Shown here piece by piece: positions 12,666-24,430 of a stretch of DNA of 64,000 bases. The notes under the pieces are model-generated. The model did no database searches and had not been told where the DNA came from. It saw only the letters and a list, made by a program, of their open reading frames with translations. Source of the DNA: Vitrella brassicaformis CCMP3155 (Eukaryota > Protista > Chromerida); NCBI GenBank assembly GCA_001179505.1, contig CDMY01000276.1, positions 76,425-140,424 on the forward strand, read 5' to 3'. Position 1 is the stretch's first letter. Every line of letters starts with the position of its first letter. The translations under genes and the position numbers were made by a program.

Positions 12666-15636
12666 ATGGCTGGTCAGAGCTTCGTGTCCATGCTGCGCGT
12701 GGGCGGGTTCCTCGGCATCCTTTGGGCTAGCTCCAAGCTGATGCGGCTGATAGGCGTGTCGACCATCCTGGCGGAGATACTCGTGGGCATGGCCATGGGG
12801 CCCCAAGTAGCAAAGGTCCTCCCACACGCATACGACAGACCCGCGGCGGAATTCCAGTACAACTGTGGCGACGTGAGTCAGTCAGTCAGTCAGTCAGTCA
12901 GTCAGAGTGTCGGTCGGATGGTCGGAAGATTGATGTGTTTGTTTGTTCAGAAACTGTGGGCGAAGGACAACATGGCCAAGTGGAAGGATGGGGGTTTCTC
13001 TGAGGACGGCAAGTGGGTCATCAAAAGCCACAGGTGGGCTGGCTGCATCCATGGCTGCGTGCGTACCGTACGTGTGGCCGGCCAGCCACGGGTGTTCTCT
13101 CTTGGTTGCTGTTGGTTGGTGCACTGCAGGCGCCTGCAGCAGGCGCCTCCGCTCCTCAACGACACCATGGCGACGACGGTTGTTGATGGGCCGCTCTATC
13201 TGTCTGACGTCGAGAACACAGTCCCCGATTCTGACCTGCTGGAACAGGTAGCTTGCTATTTGCTGCTTCTGTCTGCCTGCTGATGTGCGTGTGTGGTGAC
13301 TATAGGCACCATCTTGGCGCGGGCGTGGCGAAGTGAGCCGCGCTGTGGAGCGCCGGCGGCTCGCCAGCGACGGTGAGTGAGCACCCATGCATTGCAGAGG
13401 GGTGGATACACTCCCTCGCACTTGTGTGGGTGTGTGTGGGCGAATGTGTGTTGTGTGTGCAGGTGATGAGTGTAAAGACGTGACGGAGGACCACCAGTGC
13501 TGCCACGACCAGACGCACCACGGCCAGAACCTGCCGTCGATATTTGTGCTCATCGGACAGGCGGGCGTGGCTCTCATGATCTTCGAGTCAGGCATGCACT
13601 TTGACTTCGGCAAAGTCAGACAGGTGCGCGCCGCCCCCGCACACACAACACAGGTGTTGTGTTCTCTGTTTTGTGTTTCGTGTTTTGTGTGGGTGGGTGC
13701 ATGTCTATCTATCTTTCTATCCACGTCTGTCTGTCTGTCTGTCTGTCTGTCAGGTGGGCGGGGGGGCGTTGGTGGTTGCCTTGATCGGCACCCTGCTGCC
13801 GATCGGCCTGGGGATGCTCTTCGTCTACATGTGCCTACCGACGGCAACACACAACACACAACACACAACACACCACAACACACGCCTGCCTGCCTGCCTG
13901 TCCGTCCGTCCGCTCGCCCATGTGATGTGTACCTGATACTATCTATGCCCTGCTGTGCAGGCTGGAGGGCTTCGACGGCAGTGTCGTCTACAGTGATGAA
14001 AACAAGAGCGGCCTCGCTGCAGGAGTGGTACAGTCCGCGAAGCCACACCCACATCGCACCCAGACGCTTGTTCTGTTTTTTCTATATTGGCTTGATTGCT
14101 TGTGTATGGCTCACTCAGTCACTGGCACCGACCAGTGTGGGCATCGCTCTGAAGCTGCTGATGGAGACAAAGCAGCTCGGCACCGACTATGGTAGACAGC
14201 AAAGGCACACTCACTGCACACATGGCGGGCATATGTGTGTGTGTGTGTGCAGGTCAGGCGGTGATCACGGCGGCCTTTGCGGACGACGTGCTGTCGCTCC
14301 TGGCCTTCATCGTACTGGAGCAGCTGAAGGTGACAGACAGACAATAGACCAGCAATGGACGAGGACACTGTCGTCATGTGAGCGTGTGTGTCATTATTTG
14401 TGTGTGCAGCCAGGTGAGGAGATCACCTTTCAGGTCGTGGGTGTGCCCGCCATCACGTCGGTGGCACTGCTCGTCTTTGGAGCGTTCGCGGCCGTCAAGG
14501 TGTGTTAGCGCGCCTGTGCACCGCGCGGCACCAATGTCAGGCAGACAGGCAGGCAGGCAGGCAGAGAACAGATGGTACTATGCCGGATGCTGTGTGTCGT
14601 TGGTTCATCATTCGTGCGTGTCTCCACGTTGTGTGCGGTGTGGTGTCTGGTGTGGTCCCTCCCTCCGTCCCGTAGATCTACCCCAAGTACCTGCCCAAGA
14701 TCCTCCACAAGATCAAAGAAGACCCCAAACAATGTATGTATCCCACCCATCGAATCGACAGACACACAAATGTGGGTCTCGTCTTCTCTCTCCCTCTCTC
14801 GCCCTCTCCCTCTTGTGTGCGCGTGGTTGTGCAGCGTTCCAGCCCCGCGACGCTTTGCTGCTGGTCACCATGTTCGCCACGCTCATCGGCTTCGCGTAGG
14901 CACTGACCGCACCCACGCACGAAATACGTACGCCTGTGTGTATCTGTGTGAGCATCTTTTGTTTGTGCAGAGAGCTGTCGGTCGTTGCCAAGGCGTCCCA
15001 TCTGCTGGGCTGCTTCGTCGCAGGCATGTGCTTCACAGGCGTCCACAGGGCGCACCACGTACGTGATGCCGGCTGGGCTGCACACGAGCCAGCCACTGAT
15101 TGATGCGTCATGATGGATGGCGATTGATTATCCATCCTAACCACTTGTTCATTCATCAGATCTGGAAGACGCAGACGAAGCGCATCACCGCCTGGATGGT
15201 GCGGCTCTTCTTCGGGGCGACCGTCGGCTTCGCCATACCCACAAAGGAACTCGGCACCATTGACGCCTTCTGGAAGGTCCGTCGGTCGGTCGGTCGGCCG
15301 GCCAGCCACCCACACCCACACCGGCCGAAGTGTGTGTTGTGTGGTTGATTGACTCTTTGTTGGCAGGGTGTTGTGCTGGCGGTGTTTCCGGCCATTGGCG
15401 CGAAGGTTGTCAGCGGCCTGCACATGGGCCCGGCAAAGTGGGTGTGCAGGGTGTGTGTGGGGGTGTAGGGTGTGTTGGTTGTGTGTGAGAGTGTGTGTGT
15501 GTATATGTTTGTTGTGACCAGGTGGGTCGTTGGGTGGGCGATGGTGGGCCGCGCAGAGTTTGCCTACTTCATTGCAGAGAGCGCCGTCAACGGGAGTACA
15601 CACAAAGCTGAAAGATGGATCGGTGGACTGCATCAA

Positions 15637-15672
<36 letters not shown>

Positions 15673-18244
15673 TGGTGTGCTTGGTGTGTGCAGACTTGAC
15701 GACGCCTCAGGTGTTCGCCCAGATCATATGGGCGCTGCTCATCTGCACGGCCGTCAGCCCGTTCCTCTTCAAATTTGTGCTGCTCCAGCAAATGAAGAAA
15801 AAGAGGTCAGTCAGTCAAGTCAGCTCAGCCACACACCACACCACACCACACCACACCCCCCCACTTGTCTGAGTATGTGTGTGGATTGCATTGCATGCCC
15901 CCCATGCAGCCCGGTTCGATCGCCTTACATCCGGTTCCGCGGCTTCCAGGAGGGCGACAGGGGGAAGCCTTCGCACAACGACAACTCTTTCAGGGTGCAG
16001 ATCGCCGCGCCACACAAAACTGGAGTCATCTTTGAAATCGGTGGGTGGGTGCGGACGGTCCCACCACCTGCTGTGTTGTCACACACACACAAAGCCTCGC
16101 TGTCTGTCTGTCTGGCTGGCTGGCTGGCTGGCTGCCTGTGGTCGACCCACCTGGTGTGCAGTGGAGCTGCTGCACGATGTCAGCCTGGACATACTGGCAA
16201 TCGACGTCCACTCTGACGGGGAAACCGATATTGGGTGAGTGGCGTGGGTGTGGTGTGGTGGGGGCGTCAATCATTGAGTGCAGAGTGCGTCCCTGTGTGT
16301 GTGTGTGTGTGGACGGTCGGTCTGTCGGTCGGTGCTTACAGCGTCTACACGGTGGTGCCCCGTGGCGGCAAGGGTGTGGTGGATGAGGAGAAACTCAAAG
16401 AGGTCCAACACAACATCGTCGACGCACTCGACCACCACGACGCTCGGGTACCTACCTGGGTGGTGGGGGGGTGCGTGGGGGGGGACAAATGGATTGTGTG
16501 TGTGTGTGTGTGTGGATGGGTGTGTCCAGGTGGTGTTTCTGCCGGGGATGGTGCGGCCCTCTCTCGCGCCGCTCTGCAAGGTCCGTCGGAGAGCCACCCA
16601 CGTGTGTTGTGTGCACGCACCACAAACCACCGCAAGTCTGTCTGTCTGTCTGTCTTTCATGCGTCACTCACGTCACTCACGTAGATATCGCTGCTGACGT
16701 CTCACCACCCCGACCTGATGCCCAATCTGCTGCAGCTCTTCGCCGAGGAGACCGTCACCATCGAGCAGGGCAACGTCGAGCAGCTCGAGGGGCTCGGCGC
16801 CACATATGCCTGCGTCTTCCTCTGCAGACAATTCGACACACAAAGTCAGTTGGTTGACAGCAGAGAGACAGCGAGATGGTGTGAGATCTTATCTGTTGGA
16901 TCTTATCTGTTGGCCCTCTCTCTTGTCGCATCGCAGGCCGCGTCAGAGCCCAGAACGGCCCCGCTGACGCCGGCAGCAAACCTGCAGAAATCATGTTTAC
17001 CGAAGAGAAACTCAACAAGGCAGGCACACTAAGCCCACGCCACCACACCATGGCTGTGCTCATCTCCCTCCCTCCCTCCCTGTCTGTCTGTCTGTCTGTG
17101 TATGGTGTCAGATTCGCACCCGTATTTGTGACATCTTTGACGCCATAGGCCTGCGTGGGGAGGTCATGTGCATCTCCCTCGACCCGGAGCAGGCCGGGCC
17201 GACCGGCGACATCGCACACGACCCTTTCCAGATCCACACCAGCTCAGAGCAGCTCGAGAAGGTCAGTACAGTCAGTACGTCGGATGGATGGATGGATGGA
17301 CAGATGGACGGATGGATCTTGGCCCTTCTCTCTGTCTGTGTGTCTGTGTGTCTGTCCTTTCGCTCCTTCTTTCAGGTTCGGTTGACTTTCGACCCGGCGT
17401 CTGAGAGGACGCCCGTCATGTGCAGCAACCTGCTGTCAAAGGCACGCACGCGCACGTGGCCACATACACGTGGCCGCCTCTAGATACACATGTGCATGTG
17501 TGTGAGTTCTGTGGTTGGTTCCATGCAGGTCACTGAGCTGCTGCACGACAAGAGTCTGAACTTGGTGGCGGCGCGCATCTCGCCGGCCCAGTGGCTGCTC
17601 TATATGGACGACGCCACGCAGTACCGCCGCTCGCAGGGAAGCCCCCCAGTCAGCCCTACAGCCGGTAGGTACCTGACACACATATACCCACGCACACACA
17701 CCCACACCCACACACACTCACAGGCCGTGCGTGCGCGTGTGTGTGTTCAGGCAAGGGCAAGGGCAAGGGCAAGTCGAAGGAGAAGCAGAGTGTGGAGAGA
17801 CAAGCAGCAGCAGCAGCAGCAGCAGCGGCCGAGGGCGAGGGAGAGGGCCCCAGCCTCGAGTTCGACCGGGAGCAGCAAGGTGGGCTGGGCCAAGGTGGAT
17901 GGATGGATGAATGGAGGGACGGCCGGTCTGTGTGCGGTGTGGATGTCTGTCTGTCTGTCTGTGTTTGTTTCTTCTTTTCTGTCTCCAGGCAAGCCAATGT
18001 TCGGTGTGCCTGCCGACCAGCTGTCTGGCGGCAGGGTTGAGGACGTCGAGCTCCTCAAACAAATCAGACAAGTCCTCAAGGTGGGTGGGCTGGTGGAGCA
18101 CCACACCACACGGACAAGTCAGATCCCCTCTGTGTGTGCGTGTGTATGCGTGTGTTCGGTCGGCAGGACTTTGGTCTGGAGACCGCCACTGTGCGTGCCG
18201 AGACGGTCCGCAACGACTCCAAGCTGCTGTCGTTCGCGCTCTGA
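12666..18244 (+). CDS. CPA2-family Na+(K+)/H+ antiporter with three C-terminal ACT-like domains, many exons
   Basis: ILAEILVGMAMGP, IGQAGVALMIFESGMHFD, VALIGTLLPIGLG, LAPTSVGIALKLL, AVITAAFADDVLSLL, LLGCFVAG, FFGATVG, WAMVGRAEFAYFIA. ACT-like FRVQIAAPHKTGVIFEIVELLHDVSLDILAI, ISLLTSHHPDLMPNLLQLFAEETVTIEQG, NLLSKVTELLHDKSLNLVAARI. Ends SKLLSFAL* (TGA 18242-18244). Confidence 0.85.
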
Positions 18245-18699
18245 TCAACCGACCAGTCGATGTGGGTCGGTCCCTCAGCTGAGGCAGCCCCTTGCTGAGT
18301 CTCTGCCTACGTGTGTGCGAAATCGGGCAGGTTTCTGTGTTGTTGCTGCTTTCTCCGTCTCGATGGCCGCTCAGTCGAGCGTGTGTGCGTATGCGTCTGA
18401 TGGCTGGCATGGACAGACAGACAGATGCGCCGGACGTTTTTCCGGCTCGCTCACTCACTCATCGCTTGGTTGTCTCATTCGTTTGTTCGTTGACTCATGG
18501 GTCACTCACTGTTCATTGGATTGGTGTGGCCGCACTGAACTGCACGAACGAGGAATGGATGGACTGACTAACGCGACCGTCGACAGTCAATCCGATGTAT
18601 GCGCCATGGTCCGCTCATTCCGGCCATCCATCCAATAACAATACCCCCACAGTGCCGGCCCAGAGACAGACAGACCATGGACTAAATGGCTGACTGTTG

Positions 18700-20279
18700 C
18701 GTCAATGGCAGCCAGCTCCAAACCCCTTGGAGACGATCTCTCGCCGTCCAGGTTTGTGTGTGCGCTTGCGTGCTTCAGATTGTCCATCACCATTCATTAC
18801 ATCACATCGTTCGTTGGTCAGTCCCTCGTTGGTCAGTCAGGTTATATGGCCTGTGGTTCGATGGCCGTGCCGAGGGGGTCTGGGGCGGGTCGGCCGTCGT
18901 TGTCCATCTCGCCCTCGACAGCCCATGTGTAGTTGTATTTCCAATGCAGCTGCCGACGCACCTATAGGCACACACACACGTGTGGTTGGATGGATGGATG
19001 GATGGATCAACACACACATTTAAAAAGCTCGATACATGCAAACGACCGACGGACGGCAGGGAAGCGTGTGCGTGTGTGTGTGTGTGTGTGCGGCTGGCTG
19101 ACCGATGAGAAGGGCGATGCCATGCGGCCGCGGCCACTCGGCGCCAGAAACCGGTCGGGCTTCCACTTCTGACACAAGAAAGAACAACCACACACACATT
19201 GCAATCACTGCCGTCGGTCGCCACACCTTCCCGAACTGCCCACTGGCATACTTACCTCAGTGACGAATTCCGCCCGTGAGCCGGGGTACACACGCGACAG
19301 ACCGATGCTGCACACACACATACAGACATCATCCTGGCTGGACGGATGGATGGATGGATGGATGGCCGGATGGATGGCTGACTTGACGAGGTTTTGTATC
19401 TGCATGAGGTGTTCGATGGGCCCGTGGTACTGGAAGGAGAAGACGCCGTTCTTGGCGCCCAGCAGAGTCGCCACACCGCACCCCTACACACACACGCACA
19501 CACACAAGATGCGGATAGCCATCCGCAATCCGCCTGGATGGATGGATGGATGGATCTGACCTGCCCCTGGTCGACATAGTTGATGACCTTCCGCGCCTTC
19601 TCGACCTCCTGTGGACGGACATGTCAGCCACAACACACAACACACAACACAGCACAGCACGACAAGCGAGGTGAGGTGCGCACACAGACACACATCCATC
19701 CATCCATCCATCCACGACCGGCATCGATTCATGTCACGCATTCGAGTAGGATGGGGATCGTGTGTCACTTTCATGCTCGCCCATTCACTCACTTCCTCCC
19801 TCCCGTACGTACGCACCTTCATGTCGATGGGTCCTTCGCCCGCCGCCTTGTCGGCCCTGACCTCCATGTGCGGCGTGCGGCCCAGACCGAAATCAGGCAG
19901 CGTGAAGATCGTACCCGACGTCGTGTTGTACCTGCACACGCACACACGCACACACACACACACACACACACGCACACATCCATCCATCCATCCATCCATC
20001 TCTCCAAGGGGTCTCGGTCTCTCTGCCTGTTGTGTGAATGTGTGTGAGATGAGAGAGTGCTGAGCATACCTACCATCCGTTTTGTATGTGCCGCAGCTCC
20101 TCAAACCGCAGCTGCAGTGTCGTCCGGGAAGCACCCAGCTCCCACGTTTCGTCAACCTGCCGCCGGCGGATCTTCTCGGGGTCGTCGCCATACAGAGGAT
20201 ATCCCCATATCATCCGCAAGCCCAACACACACGACCGCCTGGATGGCTGAACGCGGCGCAACAGCAGCGGGCGATGCAT
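18700..20279 (-). CDS. hypothetical protein, possibly mitochondrial, multi-exon (3' end uncertain)
   Basis: Arg-rich, acid-free leader MHRPLLLRRVQPSRRSCVLGLR. In-frame exons YNTTSGTIFTLPDFG, PQEVEKARKVINYVDQG, VATLLGAKNGVFSFQYHGPIEHLMQIQNL, KWKPDRFLAPSG, VRRQLHWKYNYTWAVEGEM are bounded by GT/AG. An upstream ATG near 20456 is possible. No family recognised. Confidence 0.55.
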
Positions 20280-20632
20280 TTGGCGAGATGCGAAAGGCCG
20301 CAGGAAGGCCACAGCTGGGAGGAAGGGGAGAGGGCGGGACGGATGTCGGCGTGGTGCCCTGCGGTTTCTTGTCAGATCCACGAGGCGATGCAAACATGGA
20401 TGCTGCGGCAGGAAGGCAAAGATGAACCCCGCGATGGCCTTCACTGCGGTCGTCATTGGCCGTAAAGGACAGACCGCCCTGCCACGTCGCTCCTCTTTGC
20501 TTCTGCGAGCTCGGCGCCACCAGATCTTGGCCAGATCTGCCCTCCCCTTGAGCAACACCGTGACGGCAATGAGATCATCTTGACGTGTCCAAGCAGAACT
20601 GCATCGGAATCAGCTACAGAAAAGGCAAGAGG

Positions 20633-22369
20633 ATGTGCGGCATTCTACTGATGCTGTTGCATCATTGGGTGATCATCATGCTTCACTCATGGGCAGCACT
20701 GGCAGCAGCATTCACCCACACGGCGCCAACAGTCTTTCGGCATCCATCTCGCTCATGGCGTTCGCGTCATCACCACTCGGTGGCTCTCCTTGGCGATAAG
20801 ATGTTGGCAGCATTCTCGCACAAGAACGGCCTCAATCAGCGTGCGGCAGCAATGGGAAGCGAGGTGGACAGCGACTCTCATCGGGAAGGTGGGATGACTA
20901 TTGATGGCTCTGGTGGCTTTGGGCTCTCCCTGGACAAGGCCGAGAAGGTGAGCGACGAAGAGATCGATGGCATTGTGAAGGCCATGTCGGAGAGCAAAGG
21001 AGGAGATCTCGAAGGCGAAAAGTACCAGTGCAGTACGGCAGACGAGGACCCGATTGTGAAGGCGCTAAAGGGCATTCTGGGATGCGAGCAGGTGACCTCA
21101 TTCGAGCTACTTGATAGCAGGTGGGTGGGTGGTTTGAGAGAACAATATATATGTGCACATGATTTATGGCTGGTTGCCTATGTGGTTGCCTATTTCCCGT
21201 GTGTTGATGTCATGTCCGTCCGTCCGTCGGTCGTCAGATGGAATGGCAACGAGGCGGTCAAGTACATGACTGACAAAGGCCCCTTCTTCGTCAAGATGAA
21301 CAGAGTCGAGCACCTGTCCGTCTTCATGCAGGAGGCTGTCAGCCTCACGGCCATCGCAAAGACCAACACCCTTCGTGTGCCCAAGCCGCTTCATGTGGGA
21401 GTGCTCCCAAAGGTACTTACTGCAAAGTCTTCGTGTGAGTGAAAGACAGTGAGTGCCCTGCATTGACTGTCGTCTGTCTGTCAGGTCGGCTCGTTCGGCC
21501 CTGGCTCATTCATGGTATTGGATTATCTGCCCTTGATTCCGTTCGGTTCCCTGCAAGCGGAAAATCAGAAAGCTCTCGGGCGGCAGCTAGCAGACCTGCA
21601 CCTGGACGACTCTCACGATGCTGTTCATGCCGGGCGGTTCGGGTTTGTCGTCAACAGCTTCTTGTCGCTCACTCCCCTCAACAACACTTGGACGGACGAC
21701 TGGTGCGATTTCCTGGCTCGGAGGCTGGGCGATCAGCTGCATGTACAGAGCACCTCCATCCGTCACAGAGCATACAGACATGTGAATGGCAATTTACCAT
21801 ATGGACCTCTTGTCCGTGTATGGTGTACTGTGCTGTGACAGGGTCTGTACGTGGACAAGGCCTACGGTCGAGCCCCACTGGACAAGGCCGGCGCCCAACC
21901 CATGATTGAGAAAGGCGAAAGAGTCATCGCCGCTTTGCCTCGCTTCTTCGCCGACCTTGACAGCGTGGCGCACGGGGGTTTACGGCCGTCACTGCTGCAC
22001 GGCGACTTGTGGATCGGCAACACTGGCGCCACTGGTGAGGGACAGCCGACCGCCTTTGATCCTGCGAGCTTCTTCGGGCATCACGAGTTCGATCTTGCGC
22101 TGGCTTACATGTTCGGAGGCTTTCGTGACGAGTTCTACCAAGAGTATCATCGCGCCATTCCGCGGGCACCGTTGTTCGAATCGAGGCAGCTGATATACCA
22201 GCTGTACCAGTACCTGAATCAGCTGAACCTGTTTGGCGATCCGCGTGTCAAGGGCAAGTGCGAGGAGCTGATGGACCACATCCTATCGATCAAGGACCCA
22301 GCGTCGCCATTCGGCGGCAAGAGCAGCCCAATGGCATTAGGAGAAAGGGTTGCTACGAGAAGACACTGA
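20633..22369 (+). CDS. FN3K: fructosamine/ketosamine-3-kinase family protein with bipartite plastid-targeting leader, multi-exon
   Basis: FFVKMN, FMQEAVSLTAIAKTNTLRVPKP, LGRQLADLH, RFGF, WCDFLARRL, PSLLHGDLWIGN, FDPASFFGHHEFDLA, YQLYQYLNQLNLFG. Leader ...WAALAAAF-TH. Confidence 0.92.
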
Positions 22370-23139
22370 CGAGACACCAAGAGCCCACCTTTGCACCACT
22401 ACCCCTCTCAGCACTGTCCCTGTGGTTCGATTTGCCTACTGGCAAGGCAAGGATGCACACACACTAGGGCTCTGCATATCTGCCTGTCTGCAAATGGCAT
22501 GCAGACAGGACTGCGGGAGGGTAAATTATGGAAGTATGGATGGATGTCTCTCGTGTCTCTTCTGGTGTTGGGATGGGTGGAGTGTGCGTAGACTTTGATT
22601 GACGGAGAAACGAACGTGGACGGACTCGTGTGTGCACGGTGCGTGTGGCCGATGTGCGCTTGTGTGCATGTGCTGCCGACGCCATTCTGAACTCCCCCGT
22701 GTGTGTGTGTGCGTGTGTGTGTGTTGGATGCAATCACTTGATGGCGACCGACAAAAGCTGGAAGCATCGAAGGAATCCCCCTTCGAGGTGAATCCAGCAT
22801 TCACTGTCACACAAGCACACAGATCGATGGCATACAGGCAGGCAGGCAGGCAGGCAGACGCGATTGAGCAAACAGAGGACAGAGAGAAATGCACACACAG
22901 ATGCACGCAGACCACCAGGGCACCGCCACACCACCGCACTGAGAGAACCACAGCTAGGCCAACACACGGTGGACGACACCCCTTGAAACCACTGCTGCAG
23001 AACTTGGAATAGGTGGGAGTGAGTCGGTGAGAATGGTGAAGAGAGGACTCCGGGCGGGGCCAGTCCCGAATAAAGGATTAAGTCAATGCAAAGGTGTGAA
23101 TTTTGTGGAAAGTCCATGTAAGACATGTAGTCTGCGTCA

Positions 23140-23545
23140 GGCCATCCTGTCTGACGTACAGGACAACAACGAAAGACTCAACAGCCGTCCTGGTTGGTTG
23201 GTTGGTTATTGTGTTTAACGAGACTCGTGTCTGTAACCCCGAGGGGATCCTGTCCAGGTCACGCACTAAACTAGCAGCATGCACATGCATAGAAGCATGC
23301 ACACGGCCTGCCTCCCCATCCCACCCACCAACCCACTCGACACGCACGTGCCACCCTATGATGGTCAGAAAAATCGCTGTCGACACCGGTTGCAGGTATA
23401 CGAGAATGACAATCAGACATAGGCACGACACCCAGAGGCTAGTCAGAGAGCACGTCGAGCGCCCTGTCTCAGAGATCGATATGTGGATGGTCGGTCTATG
23501 AACCCTAGGACCCTAAACCCTGGACCCTTGCACTTCTGAGAGAAA
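23140..23545 (+). repeat. dispersed upstream element, copy A (two homologous blocks 23140-23192 and 23463-23545), containing telomere-like AACCCTAG/CCCTAAACCC motifs
   Basis: Matches the reverse complement of about 63870-64000, including exact AAAGACTCAACAGCCGTCCTG (21 nt) and GTCGGTCTATGAACCCTAG, plus CCCTAAACCCTGGACC and TTGCACTTCTGA. Confidence 0.85.
23193..23466 (-). mobile_element. candidate 274-nt insertion (SINE or 5'-truncated non-LTR-like) splitting the dispersed element
   Basis: Absent from copy B. CCTG is present at both junctions (23189-23192 and 23463-23466). One end is a (GGTT)n tract, i.e. a (AACC)n 3' tail on the minus strand. Confidence 0.45.
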
Positions 23546-23625
23546 GCGCACAGGCAATTGCTTGCGGACCCAGGGCTTGCAGACCGCAACCGACGGAGAT
23601 CTGCTGCAGATCTAGTTATACATAC

Positions 23626-24369
23626 ATGCCTTGCTGCGGTCTGAAGGCCCTGCTCGCTAACGCATTACTGCCATGCTTCGTCGCCCTCTGTCTGCTCCCG
23701 CACCCGACCTCCTCTGCACGCCTGCTGTCGCGTGACGGCGAACAATCTTCCCTGACGACTCGCGGGCCTTTGCATGAGGAGTTGGGCCTGGAGGTCCTCG
23801 GCCTCGACCTGAGGCAGGAGATGCCGACCAAGGTGAAGAGGGAGCTGCGGCGGCTCATCGATGAGCACTCCTTCCTCCTGTTCAGGGGACAAAACCTGAC
23901 CTGCCACGAAGGTGGGTGGGTGACCCAGAGCAACTAACTTTGACGAGAGAAGGCGCGGGTGCTCATTGCGTGTGTGCAGATGCGGCCTTCATGCGGATCT
24001 TCCCACACAATGAGACGGCATACGAGCTGGGCGAAGGAACAGGAGGTAGCCACAGATCCGTCCGTGAAATGCACACATTCGTGGCTTCGTTGGTCACCTC
24101 TTGTGTTGTTCGTTGGTTGGTTCAGTGCCCCAGCCGACCGGATCGGCCCCCGAGGAGTGCGGGAGGCGGTGCCCACACATCGTGGTCAAGTTTGTGTTCT
24201 CGCAGAAGGACACGCCCGAGTACAGGAGGTTCTTCTCCGGCCACATGTGGCATGCTGACGCTGTCAACTTCGTGGAGCACCCACCCGTCTACACCGCAAG
24301 TGAGTGAGCACACCTTTCGTTGGCTAAGTGAATGCAATGCGTTGGCTTGGATGGATCGTCTGCCTGCTC

Positions 24370-24430
<61 letters not shown>

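Noticed and set aside
19400-19650. SCP2/sterol-carrier-like resemblance in the orphan minus-strand gene
   Set aside because: Only a vague spacing similarity. Downstream exons continue with unrelated sequence and the SCP2 G-K-L-K-x-x-G motif is absent.
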